NCBI GenBank assembly: GCA_041650915.1
Contig: JBAZKE010000003.1
Location: 21,226-85,225 of the forward strand
Direction of reading: 5' to 3'
Source of the DNA: Patescibacteria group bacterium
GTDB lineage: Bacteria > Patescibacteriota > Patescibacteriia > UBA10025 > JAHIVO01
Length of the DNA: 64,000 nucleotides
Shown here: one piece after another, positions 1-9,772 of the stretch
Numbering within the stretch: the first letter of the stretch is position 1
Layout: the number at the start of each line of letters is the position of its first letter
The notes under the pieces: generated by a model
Seen by the model: only the letters and a program-made list of their open reading frames with translations
What the model was told of the DNA's origin: nothing
Databases searched by the model: none
Translations under genes and position numbers: made by a program

Positions 1-2
1 CC

Positions 3-3000
3 TCAAATGCTTTCTACGTTGATAATATTGAGATGAGGGAGGTGTACGATAGTCTGTACCGGATACGGGATTCATACGCCTCGTGCTCGGGATACGAGAA
101 CTGCGACCGGTACACGGATGTGGACAGGAACACGCACTACCTCAAGTCATTCTCGAGGCTCTGCTCCGAGGATAAGGTAGGGTGTGAAGCATTTTTCGAT
201 ACCCAGAACAGCACCGAGACCGGCGCCACGGTGTACCGCCTCTCATCTGAGCCGCTCACGGCTGCGCGGGGCGATATGAATGCAAATGGTTCTATTGATA
301 TCGGTGACCTGACGGTACTCACCAACTACCTCTATATTAATAGCGATATCGTACCTACACCAGCTGACGTGGCTGACGTCAACGCCGACGGGCGCATCAA
401 TGAAGCAGACCTGCTTTACCTCAATGACAATTTATACTTTGGCGGTCCGTTCCCGACCCCGGCTGAGGCGTATCCGTCGCGGTACATTCCCGCAGATGCT
501 ACCATCACCCTCGTCAACGATGCGAACAAGGGCTGTGTTGCCGGTGACAAGGGCTGTTCGAGGCTCGGGTCGCCCACGATTGATGTGGATGGGGGCTTAT
601 CGTATTACACCGACGTTTATCTCAAGAATAATCCGGACCTGTATGACAGCATCCTGTGCAGCTATAACGATAACATGTGTGAAGAGTATACGACTGCCGG
701 CGGCGCAAAGCTTTACTTCAAAAATCCCGGGGCGCAGGTATGCGAGTACAAGCGCGTCGTCGGGCAGAATACGTCAGGCTGGTATAAGGTAGGGACTGAA
801 CAGGGCGTTCCGGACTGTCCGCTCTACACGGGCGTCTGCGTCGGAGGCGCGGACGACGGTGAACTCTGCAGTTCATTTGATATCCGCTGTGATAGCGGCG
901 TGTGCGAGAACCGCACAGAGCTCGTACCGCGGCCTGCGAACGGTTGGGTCGGGCTCTGTTCCTCTGCTGCGGTCGGGTGCACTGAATTTCGTGATCCGGA
1001 AGAGCCAACTGGCTGTGACGCGACGCTCGAAGATGGTACCGGCGTCGAGGGTTTGTACGATGATTGCGAGTCATACTACTATATTGACGAAACTATCGAC
1101 CAGTCGAGTTGCAACGGCCTCGTGGCGCGTGAAGAGGGCTGCCGCCTGTTCAACAATACGTCGAGCGGAGACCTCGTGTATGACAGCGCGGTTTCTGAGG
1201 ACGGCAGTACTCCAGTGCTCTGCACGGATCCGGCTGACTGTGATTCAAATACTATTGTGAAGGTCCGCAAGGACCGTGAGTGCGGCAAGTGGCTGGAGTG
1301 CAAGATGTCGGAACGGACATCCGGATCGGACGGTAAAGTGGAAGAACTCTGCCTCGCACGGTATATTTGCAGTGAAATGGATGAGGATACGGGCCATTGC
1401 ATTGAAGATGTTGACTTTGAGTATGTCAATCAGACATACTCCTCCCCCGCTTTTGTTGAAGAGATCGGAAATTATTCCGGGTATGTGCTTGCCGGCCTCG
1501 AGTGGGGGCTGCGGTGCAAGAATGACCCCGGGGTCAGCTGTGAAGTTGACGCCGACTGTCCAGTTGGCGTGGACGGCAACGTGATTCCCAATGCGTGCCA
1601 GCAGCAGATTGTAGAAGGGTATCTTCCGTACCCGGCCATGGAAGAAGTTGGCGCAATCAGCATTTCAGGCGACATTGTCAAGAGCGGGGACATGGGAGAC
1701 TCAAACTACCGCGTCAACCAGCTGCTGAGCCTCGGGCTCTCGTGGATTGACTCGAATGCGATCAAGTACGCTGACAGGATCAGCCAGTCTGATCTCACCT
1801 GTGCACCGCCCTGCCCTTACTCAGGCGAGCTGTGGCCGATCTCGTGGTACCCGAAGGAATATGGAGGCAGCACCGCCTCGGTGTGGCTCGCTGAAGAGTC
1901 AGCGGAGAATCAAATCCCCTCCCTCAACGGAAACCTCGATGAGAATAACGTTCTCGATGTCGCGCCAGGGGGCGTCTGGACCGGGGCGTACTACAATCTC
2001 GGCACTGCGGTCAACCGCGGCGATGAGTACGGGGTGACCTTCTCAATCAGGACGGCCGCGCCGCCGCTCGTTGATGACCGGATTACCATCCAGATTGATT
2101 ACCGCAACGAGGCAGACGCGAATATCGGCTACTATACCGTTGGGTCAATACAAGCAAATACGCTCTGGGATGAGTATACCTTCGGCCCGTTTACGGTCGG
2201 ATTTGATGACAACGGCGATGAGATGGCATTCTCTTCGGCGTGGCTCAGCTTTGTCTACACGTACGAAGGCACGCCGGGCGATGAAGTCCCGTCGGAGTTT
2301 TTCCTCGATGATGTCACGATGGAGCCGTTCCTGCGGGCGAACTACGATCTCCGCTGCCGCGGCGGCGATGATGACGGGTTCAAGTGCGAGACTGACGCTG
2401 ACTGCGCTGCTCCGGGCATCTGCTATGACAATACGCTCATCGAACGCGACTGCCGCCTATACCCGTCCGCCGATGCGCCGTACTGCGAGTATGTCGATGA
2501 GAACAATACGACTCACCGCGGCTGGCAGGGGTATTGCCTCGAGCGCGATCCGGGCAATCCAAAGTACTGCCTCAACTGGTGGCCCGTCGACCTGCTGAAG
2601 GGGGAATCGTCCGCGCTCAGCACGCTGCCGCGCATTGAGTCGACGCTCCGGACGCCGATGTACATGTGCCTCGCGTCGCACGGCAACTACCTAGGGGACA
2701 CAAATCCGTTCGGCGGTTCCTACGCAAATATTGATGGTGGCGGGCGGTACATCTACCGTGAGACAAACCAGTTAACAGGGAGCTGGATTATAGAGATAAT
2801 TTCTTCATGTTTTGCGGCAGACTGGTGCGAAATATCCGGCTGTGACGATTATGACGCTCTTTGGAATGCGCGCAATACCCCTGTAACGTTTGCGATCTGC
2901 AGGGATGACAATAATTTTGCGTGGCGGACTCCCGAGATCCAAATTTTTATGGAGGATATTGAGAAGGTTGAATTCCTGACAATGTACGATCACTGCAACC

Positions 3001-4595
3001 ACAGCCTATCCTCCGGTACCCCTGGATTCACCATTGACGCTGGCGGCGTACAGCGGCAGGATACTGACGGGGACGGCTGCCATCCTGTGCAGCTCCGGAA
3101 GCGCATTGTCGCCGGTGAAAGCTTCCTGTGCCCGCTCGCCGGAGCGAGCTGCATCGTGTGGGAAGCCATACCGATTAATTGCGTGGGCGTGAGGGACTGC
3201 GTCGGCGGATTCCTCTCGTTCGCGCCTGCTATGTACGGCAACCGGCTCCTGCGATACGGGTACCGGCATAACGACGATACGGGGGAACACCGTGAATCCG
3301 CGGACATCGTGGTTGATTTCTACCTGCGTGAAACATGCCAGGAGTACGTTAAGGTCGTGGATGATGACGGGTCAAATAAGGCGTGGTTCTCCCGGGTGAG
3401 CTCATCGAGCGACTACGTTGTTGCTGAAGGAGTGGCGGGCAGCCCCGAGTACGTGTACGGCACCGACTACCCTCCATTCGGCAGCGCAGTGCCCGCGCGG
3501 GAAAACTGCGAACCCAATGGCGGGTCGAATGACCTGCTCAATCCCGAGGCGTGGGACGCGAGCTGTGCAGAGCCTGGGTACCAGCCGCTCCTCGTGCAGC
3601 TGCCGTACCCCGACCTCCAGAACGCGCGCGGCGGCTCTCCGTTAGGGTACAATTATATGGATACGACTCCGCCAATACCGCCATCGCTGCAAACAACCCC
3701 GAGCGGCATGTGCATTACGGCACTCAGCCACTCGCGCAACGGGGATACGTGCAGCAATGTTTCAACGGATTGCTGTGAAAATTGGAATGAGACATTGGGC
3801 AGGTGTGAGGAGCTGGATTCCGAAAATCACCCGATTTATCCTAAGTGTGTTGGCTTCTCGACGCTTTCCGGCGAGATCGCGGGCGGGAACTGGGGAGCTC
3901 CGGCAATTGCGGATGGCGCCCTCCTGCGGTTATTCGCGTACGGATACGGGAAGTGGGGGCTGCACAGCAATATTTCACCAGACGTCGATCCTCCCGGCGT
4001 GTGCGTGGGCGGCAGCAATCCGGGTACGGGCTGCTCGGTTCCTGAGGATTGCACGGGCGGCGGGACGTGCAGTCGTATCCAGCACTACCACAGCAGGAGC
4101 GCTTGGGCATACCAGAATCCATTCAATACGATGGCGCCATGCACGAATAATATCCGCCCGAACAGCTACCCGAACGATTATTGCGGCGTAGTTCCTGAGG
4201 TTACGGTGGTCGCCGGCACGGGAGGCAACATGCAGCCTGACGTCAGCTACATCAATCTCGGGCCGGACGGGGGCGAGGTGCAGCTCAACCTCACCATCAA
4301 TGCCAATCCCGACCAGCTTCCGATACGGCTTATCGAGGTGGACTGGGGAGAGCCCGGGAAGGTGTACACGACGAGCGGCAGCTTCGGTTCAGGCACCCTC
4401 ACCTTGACGAACAATTACCGCACGCCCGGCACGCACGTCATACAGGTACGCGTGGTTGATAACTGGGATTGGTGCGGCATCGATGCTGACGGCGATGTTG
4501 ACTGCGCAGTTGATGATTGCCGGTACATGATTGACGGCGATGGGTGCGATCCGGAATACATTGATACGGAGATTCGCGTCAATGTCGGCAGCTAA
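3..4595 (+). CDS. Giant Cys-rich extracellular protein, 5'-truncated by the window edge; dockerin-like duplex, probable CBM-like beta-sandwich, C-terminal PKD-like domain
   Basis: Frame is open from base 3 (SNAFYVDNIEM...), so the true start lies upstream. GDMNANGSIDIGDL...ADVNADGRINEADL is a paired EF-hand/dockerin pattern. Repeated CxGGxxxGxxC..DC knuckles; C-terminal VDWGEPG...NYRTPGTHVIQVRVVD is PKD-like. Confidence 0.85.
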   Translation, partial: SNAFYVDNIEMREVYDSLYRIRDSYASCSGYENCDRYTDVDRNTHYLKSFSRLCSEDKVGCEAFFDTQNSTETGATVYRLSSEPLTAARGDMNANGSIDIGDLTVLTNYLYINSDIVPTPADVADVNADGRINEADLLYLNDNLYFGGPFPTPAEAYPSRYIPADATITLVNDANKGCVAGDKGCSRLGSPTIDVDGGLSYYTDVYLKNNPDLYDSILCSYNDNMCEEYTTAGGAKLYFKNPGAQVCEYKRVVGQNTSGWYKVGTEQGVPDCPLYTGVCVGGADDGELCSSFDIRCDSGVCENRTELVPRPANGWVGLCSSAAVGCTEFRDPEEPTGCDATLEDGTGVEGLYDDCESYYYIDETIDQSSCNGLVAREEGCRLFNNTSSGDLVYDSAVSEDGSTPVLCTDPADCDSNTIVKVRKDRECGKWLECKMSERTSGSDGKVEELCLARYICSEMDEDTGHCIEDVDFEYVNQTYSSPAFVEEIGNYSGYVLAGLEWGLRCKNDPGVSCEVDADCPVGVDGNVIPNACQQQIVEGYLPYPAMEEVGAISISGDIVKSGDMGDSNYRVNQLLSLGLSWIDSNAIKYADRISQSDLTCAPPCPYSGELWPISWYPKEYGGSTASVWLAEESAENQIPSLNGNLDENNVLDVAPGGVWTGAYYNLGTAVNRGDEYGVTFSIRTAAPPLVDDRITIQIDYRNEADANIGYYTVGSIQANTLWDEYTFGPFTVGFDDNGDEMAFSSAWLSFVYTYEGTPGDEVPSEFFLDDVTMEPFLRANYDLRCRGGDDDGFKCETDADCAAPGICYDNTLIERDCRLYPSADAPYCEYVDENNTTHRGWQGYCLERDPGNPKYCLNWWPVDLLKGESSALSTLPRIESTLRTPMYMCLASHGNYLGDTNPFGGSYANIDGGGRYIYRETNQLTGSWIIEIISSCFAADWCEISGCDDYDALWNARNTPVTFAICRDDNNFAWRTPEIQIFMEDIEKVEFLTMYDHCNHSLSSGTPGFTIDAGGVQRQDTDGDGCHPVQLRKRIVAGESFLCPLAGASCIVWEAIPINCVGVRDCVGGFLSFAPAMYGNRLLRYGYRHNDDTGEHRESADIVVDFYLRETCQEYVKVVDDDGSNKAWFSRVSSSSDYVVAEGVAGSPEYVYGTDYPPFGSAVPARENCEPNGGSNDLLNPEAWDASCAEPGYQPLLVQLPYPDLQNARGGSPLGYNYMDTTPPIPPSLQTTPSGMCITALSHSRNGDTCSNVSTDCCENWNETLGRCEELDSENHPIYPKCVGFSTLSGEIAGGNWGAPAIADGALLRLFAYGYGKWGLHSNISPDVDPPGVCVGGSNPGTGCSVPEDCTGGGTCSRIQHYHSRSAWAYQNPFNTMAPCTNNIRPNSYPNDYCGVVPEVTVVAGTGGNMQPDVSYINLGPDGGEVQLNLTINANPDQLPIRLIEVDWGEPGKVYTTSGSFGSGTLTLTNNYRTPGTHVIQVRVVDNWDWCGIDADGDVDCAVDDCRYMIDGDGCDPEYIDTEIRVNVGS

Positions 4596-4656
4596 CGGCA
4601 GCGGGAACAGGCGACTTGGATTAATTTTCACCTTTTTTGCTATCAGCAGACGCAAT

Positions 4657-7600
4657 ATGTTTCGATACCTGAAAAACAGGCTCTTCCGCGCACTCGCCGC
4701 GAAGCCCCGTACGTCGAAGGCGGTGCTGACGGCGCTCGTTGCGTTTGTGCTGCTCGGCATCAATGTTTTTGCATTTGCGACACCCGCCCAGGCGGGCTTC
4801 ATCGGCGATATTGTCGGATTGGCGCTTGACCCGATCGTCAACGTTATTGCGAGCATCATGCTGTTTATTGCGACGATACTGGGCAAGTTATTAGTCGTGC
4901 TCATCGATATTTTACTCAACATCGTCAAGTACAACGATTTTACCAATGCGCGCGCGGTGGAGATCGGGTGGGTTGTCGTCCGCGACCTGTGCAACATGTT
5001 CTTTATCGTCGTGCTGCTCATCATCGCGTTTGGCACCATCTTCCGCATCGAGAACTACAAATACAACAGGCTGCTGCCCAAGCTGATTCTCATGGCGGTG
5101 CTCATCAATTTTTCCAAGCTCATTGCGGGATTCCTCATTGATCTCGGGCAGGTCGTCATGATGACGTTTGTCAATGCGTTTGCGGACGCTGCGGCGACGA
5201 ATTTTACAAGCGCGTTCAAGCTGCAGCAGATGCTCGGATTTTTGGATAATACCGGGGGCGGAACAGGCGGCGGTCCGAGCAACTGGTCGCTCCTCGGGGG
5301 GCCGTTCCTCGCCATCATGCTGCTCATCGTCGCCCTCATGGTCATGCTCGCGATGGTGGTCGTGTTCCTCACGCGCATCATCATGCTGTGGATCTTGGTC
5401 GCCGTTTCGCCGCTCGCCTTTTTGCTCGAGGTGCTGCCTGGCGGCTCAAAGTACGCACAGCAGTGGTGGTCGAAGTTCGGGCAGTGGGTTACGACCGGCC
5501 CGATCCTTGCCTTTTTCCTGTGGCTGTCGCTCGCGGTGCTGTCAACGAGGGACATCGAGCTCGGGATTCAGGATACCGTGATCACGGAGCAGCCCAGCGG
5601 CGGCGGCGTCGTCTCGGCGGGGCTGTCGGCCGTTTCTACCTCGAAGAACATGGTCGGCTTCATGTTTTCAATCGCGATGATGCTCATATCCCTGTCCATT
5701 GCCGGCGGGCTCGGCGGTGTTGCGGGCAGCGTTGCCGGAAAAATGACAGATAAGGTCCGCGCGATGGGTTCCGCCCCATTCAGGAGCTCGAGCCTCATCG
5801 GAAAAGGCAGGAAGGCGCTGACCGGGTACGTTGGAGAAGAGCTCGGCTCGCGGCTCGGTATCGCCTCGGTGCGGGACAAGTGGAAAGAGGGGTGGCAGCG
5901 GCACCGTGAGCGGACCCGCCGCGACCGTATCAGTAAAATGAGGGCAAAGGCGGCGGAACGCGGCGGTGTACTGGGAACGCTCGCCACGCCGACCCAGTTT
6001 TTTGACCAGTACTGGGGCGCGAAGGGCATCAAGCGCGCGTTCCAAGAGGGGATCGGAGGCAAGAAGTCGAGGGAAGCTGACAATAGGATGAAAACGGCAA
6101 AGGAAAAGTATGAGGCAACAAAGGAAGAGGCTGATACGCTCGATACGGTTGCAAATGGGCCTACCATGCACGAGTACCGGGGGTATATGGACAATAAGCG
6201 GGCGCTCACGCGGAAGTTCGATACGGCACGGCAAATGGGGTCAACTCTTGAGGTAAGCGACGATGCGGATAATCCGGACGGCATTGCTGATATTCTCGCT
6301 GCAGCGGGGAATAAAAAGAAGGAACTCGAAGGCCTGGCCGCCATTGAAGCGCGTAAAATAAAGGAAGCCAATGACGAGAAGAAAGAAATCGGCGCACTGT
6401 CGCCTGAGAGAACGGCAAAGCTGGATGAGGACATCAAAACGTATGTAGCGGACTATGAAAAGTATAAGAAAGAAGCAGCGGAAATAGAAGTTGCACTCAC
6501 TGAAGGTAAAAGGACGCGTACGATCAAGCTCAAACCAGAGTGGGAATTTACGGCTGAGTCGCGTAAAGAGCTCGATGCCACGATCGGGAAGATGGAGGCG
6601 TACTATAAGGAGGGCAAGCTCGCAAAAAGCAAGGCAGGCCGGGATGAGCTGCAGACTGCACTCGCTGCAATCCGGGCAAGAGAGGAAGTGGAGAAGCGGA
6701 ATTTTTTTACTGCGCGCCAGGAAGCTGACAGAATTCGGCCTGCATTCAACTTTGAAATGCTCCGTGAGCAGGCGCTTGATATCGCAAAAGAAAAGTCAGA
6801 AATGCTCACGGACAGCTGGCAAGAGCTCTGGGAGATACACCAGGACGCTGAGCGGCGCGGCGATTCTACGCGGGCAGCTGCTGCATACCTCAAAGCAACG
6901 GAGTATGCAAATGACAATGAGATACAAAATATGGCCGGTGACGGGAGCGGAGCCGAGGGGTTGAAATCGTTCATCATGAACCGGTACGTAGGCAAGAAAG
7001 GCTTTAAACACAATCAGGCTGCGATTGACGCATGGGAAACAGAAAACCCCGGAACCAAGATTGAAGAAGAAGGGATGGGCTTGTCGGAAGCTCAGGCACT
7101 CAACATTGCCAATTTGGTGTCATATGCCGCGGAAAAAGCCGGCCACTGGATGAATGCGCGTGCCGTGGGAGTTGAGAACGGCAAGCAGTTCTGGCAGAAG
7201 GAGAATGATCGCCTGATCGAGCAGATAGCTGAGATCAGGAAAATCGACCCTGAAACATTCCAGCGCCGCGTGAACCGGCTCGGGTGGGGCATTGAGCTGC
7301 CCAAAGGGGGGGAAGACCGCGCTGAACGTGCACGCAACTTCCAGCTGACCGGCGAACGGGAATTTAAAAATAGCCCGTTTGCGCTTGCCTTTTTTGAGGA
7401 CAACTGGAAGCGGTGGGAAGAGCTGCTCAGCCGGGGCCGGTTCAATGAGAGCGTCGCGCTCAGCATCACGAGCGGTGAAAACTATGATGAGCTAAAGCGG
7501 CTTGCCGCATTCCAAAAAACAACAGACGTGACGGCAAAGGGCGGCTGGAGTATGGAGAGGATGGTGGATGAGATTAAAAAATTCGGGGCCTCCCGCAGCG

Positions 7601-7770
7601 GCGATCCGTTTAGGGTTATCAGAGAAAAAACGTGGATGAAGACAGAAGGAGGAGGCAAACTCATGGAGAAAGAGTACTATACGGGCAAGCCGTCGCCGGA
7701 TCAGGAAAAAGAGTTGAAAACTTCGATTCCGGGCATCAAGAAAAAAACAAAGGAAGAAAAGCAACCATAG
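4657..7770 (+). CDS. VirB6/TrbL-like polytopic membrane protein with long charged C-terminal extension
   Basis: ATG at 4657 (MFRYLKNR) avoids overlap with the upstream gene. Motifs GWVVVRDLCNMFF, LINFSKLIAGFLID and RIIMLWILVAVSPLAF...QQWW are typical of CPR VirB6-like proteins; about 650 aa Lys/Glu-rich tail. Confidence 0.75.
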   Translation: MFRYLKNRLFRALAAKPRTSKAVLTALVAFVLLGINVFAFATPAQAGFIGDIVGLALDPIVNVIASIMLFIATILGKLLVVLIDILLNIVKYNDFTNARAVEIGWVVVRDLCNMFFIVVLLIIAFGTIFRIENYKYNRLLPKLILMAVLINFSKLIAGFLIDLGQVVMMTFVNAFADAAATNFTSAFKLQQMLGFLDNTGGGTGGGPSNWSLLGGPFLAIMLLIVALMVMLAMVVVFLTRIIMLWILVAVSPLAFLLEVLPGGSKYAQQWWSKFGQWVTTGPILAFFLWLSLAVLSTRDIELGIQDTVITEQPSGGGVVSAGLSAVSTSKNMVGFMFSIAMMLISLSIAGGLGGVAGSVAGKMTDKVRAMGSAPFRSSSLIGKGRKALTGYVGEELGSRLGIASVRDKWKEGWQRHRERTRRDRISKMRAKAAERGGVLGTLATPTQFFDQYWGAKGIKRAFQEGIGGKKSREADNRMKTAKEKYEATKEEADTLDTVANGPTMHEYRGYMDNKRALTRKFDTARQMGSTLEVSDDADNPDGIADILAAAGNKKKELEGLAAIEARKIKEANDEKKEIGALSPERTAKLDEDIKTYVADYEKYKKEAAEIEVALTEGKRTRTIKLKPEWEFTAESRKELDATIGKMEAYYKEGKLAKSKAGRDELQTALAAIRAREEVEKRNFFTARQEADRIRPAFNFEMLREQALDIAKEKSEMLTDSWQELWEIHQDAERRGDSTRAAAAYLKATEYANDNEIQNMAGDGSGAEGLKSFIMNRYVGKKGFKHNQAAIDAWETENPGTKIEEEGMGLSEAQALNIANLVSYAAEKAGHWMNARAVGVENGKQFWQKENDRLIEQIAEIRKIDPETFQRRVNRLGWGIELPKGGEDRAERARNFQLTGEREFKNSPFALAFFEDNWKRWEELLSRGRFNESVALSITSGENYDELKRLAAFQKTTDVTAKGGWSMERMVDEIKKFGASRSGDPFRVIREKTWMKTEGGGKLMEKEYYTGKPSPDQEKELKTSIPGIKKKTKEEKQP

Positions 7771-7773
7771 CAT

Positions 7774-9723
7774 ATGGCGGATGACAAAATAAAAGAACCA
7801 GGAGTAGGAGCAGGCACGATCGACCTGCGCGATCCGCAGTGGAAAACGCAGGCTGAAGCGTACGTCCGCTGGATCGTCACGTTTGATGAGCTGCGGGACG
7901 CATACCTGTTTGGGAAGCTGCTCGCTGATTCGATGAAGGCGATCGTGAATTTTGATACCGAGCACCGGGAGCTTGCCGGTTTCTATCGCGGCAAACTCGC
8001 GCTCGTGCGCGCCGTTTCGCTCTCGATGCAGCCTGAAGACATTTTCCTCGGATTTTTCCAAGATGATATCTGCATTGCGCTTCAGCATGAGGATATCGAC
8101 CTCCTCGAAAAGATTGACGCCCGGGTCATCAATGAGATCATTCTTGAGGACCGCGATGCGCTCAAAAAAAAGGCGCATGACCGCCTCGTAAAAAACCAGC
8201 GGGAACTCACGAAGAATAAAATAACCGTCGGGGGCGAACTCGTGCCGCCGACCATTGAAAACTGGCTCCGGCACTACAATGCAGCCGCCAGCGCCGATCA
8301 GTCCGTCCGGTCGCTCAAGCAGGCAGAATACCTTGTTCGGGTGAAGGGTGAGGGGCTTATTGATGAGCACGAGCGTCTTGTCCTCCGGCGCCTCATCGAT
8401 GTGTATGAGCACCTCAAGCTGTCGTCGCTGAGCGTCGAGGGAATCGAAGAAAATTTCAGCATTAACCAGGGCGGAAAAAAGAAGATCGTCGCAGACGGGC
8501 GCGTTGAAGAGGTGCCTGTCGAGCAGCTCAAAAAGAAGCTCGAGCGTGCAATAAAAATCCAGAAGTCTGTGCAGGGCGGCAGCAAGCAGTACTCCCCCGA
8601 AGATATCACGGGAGAGCAGCGTGAGCGGTACCTCGAGTACCGGTCGGCCATTATGGAAAAAGTGGAAGACCTGCGCGCTGAAGCCGGCAACGATACCGAT
8701 AAAATCAAGGGCATATTCGCGCGGGCCTACGATATCAAAGATGCCGATGAAGTGACAGCGTGCCTGTACCACCTGGCTGCCGAGGGCGAGCTTCAGGGTG
8801 CACTCGTCGAAAACCGCAGCTGGCTCGATGGGACAAAGAAGTACGCAGAAGACAAGTTCGGCAGCGCCGATGCAGCTGAGGCCGTCAATAAAAAGCCGAC
8901 GGGCCGGGAGTCACTCTCCCTGTTCCTCCAATACGCGCTGCTCGACCGCCTGCGTTTTTCACAGAGTGAGAGTGCGTTGATTGGGATGGATGTCGGCGCG
9001 CTCATGGGCGGCCAGTACCAGGGCATGGCATACTGGGACCAGGAGAAAGGACTATTCGAGTGGACGGAACTGGAGCTCCGCGATGGAGACATCACCGCAA
9101 AGGCAGCGGCTCTAGAGGCGGCCGTGCTGGAGCCGGTAGCGCCCGCAGGATCAGTATCAAGAGAGGCTGCGGGAAGTGAGGAGAACGCGATTGATCGCCT
9201 CCGGCACAAGTATGGCGCTTTCCGCGCGCTGCGCTCCGTCGTCCTGTCAATCGAGGATGAGGTACTCGTCCGTACGAAGGGGGATCCGGAAGCGCTCAAG
9301 CGGGAACTGTCCGCGGCGGTCCGTGAAAAGAATCAAGACCGCGCCATCGCGTGCTTAAAAATTCTTGCAGCCCAGAGGACGCTTGCGGTTTCGATTAAGG
9401 ACAGCAGAGCGTGGGTGGATGCCCTGGCAGATCATCTCAGGGAAAAGTACCATGCGAAAAATTCTCCCGAAGAGATCGAGCGTGCCATCCGCGCCATGAG
9501 GATTGATTCTTCCTCGCCAGCGGTTTTATCCGAATTTCTCCAATACATCTTGATCAGCAAGCTCGGAATGCAGGCGGCTGATGCCGCACTTATTGCCTCC
9601 GATATTGGTCAGCTGATTGGGAGCGAATACCAGGCTATCGCGTACGGCAGCGAGGAGAGCGGTACGTTTGAGTGGGCAACAAATTCAATCCAAAACGGCG
9701 TGTTCGCAGCGCAGGAGGGCTAG
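7774..9723 (+). CDS. Hypothetical protein with a duplicated C-terminal domain
   Basis: 649-aa ORF 3 bp after the VirB6-like stop; two copies of a ~150-aa unit ending FLQY.L...L......ALI..D.G.L.G..YQ..AY...E.G.FEW. Confidence 0.8.
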   Translation: MADDKIKEPGVGAGTIDLRDPQWKTQAEAYVRWIVTFDELRDAYLFGKLLADSMKAIVNFDTEHRELAGFYRGKLALVRAVSLSMQPEDIFLGFFQDDICIALQHEDIDLLEKIDARVINEIILEDRDALKKKAHDRLVKNQRELTKNKITVGGELVPPTIENWLRHYNAAASADQSVRSLKQAEYLVRVKGEGLIDEHERLVLRRLIDVYEHLKLSSLSVEGIEENFSINQGGKKKIVADGRVEEVPVEQLKKKLERAIKIQKSVQGGSKQYSPEDITGEQRERYLEYRSAIMEKVEDLRAEAGNDTDKIKGIFARAYDIKDADEVTACLYHLAAEGELQGALVENRSWLDGTKKYAEDKFGSADAAEAVNKKPTGRESLSLFLQYALLDRLRFSQSESALIGMDVGALMGGQYQGMAYWDQEKGLFEWTELELRDGDITAKAAALEAAVLEPVAPAGSVSREAAGSEENAIDRLRHKYGAFRALRSVVLSIEDEVLVRTKGDPEALKRELSAAVREKNQDRAIACLKILAAQRTLAVSIKDSRAWVDALADHLREKYHAKNSPEEIERAIRAMRIDSSSPAVLSEFLQYILISKLGMQAADAALIASDIGQLIGSEYQAIAYGSEESGTFEWATNSIQNGVFAAQEG

Positions 9724-9772
9724 CATCCGGCCGCTGGCGGGTGAAATGCAGCCAGCATTGGTTGATGTGCAA

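Noticed and set aside
4531-4656. ORF-track starts at 4531 (and similarly 10768, 11326, 16420, 36240)
   Set aside because: They overlap upstream genes or use rare start codons; downstream ATGs at 4657, 10729, 11347, 16507 and 36342 fit better.
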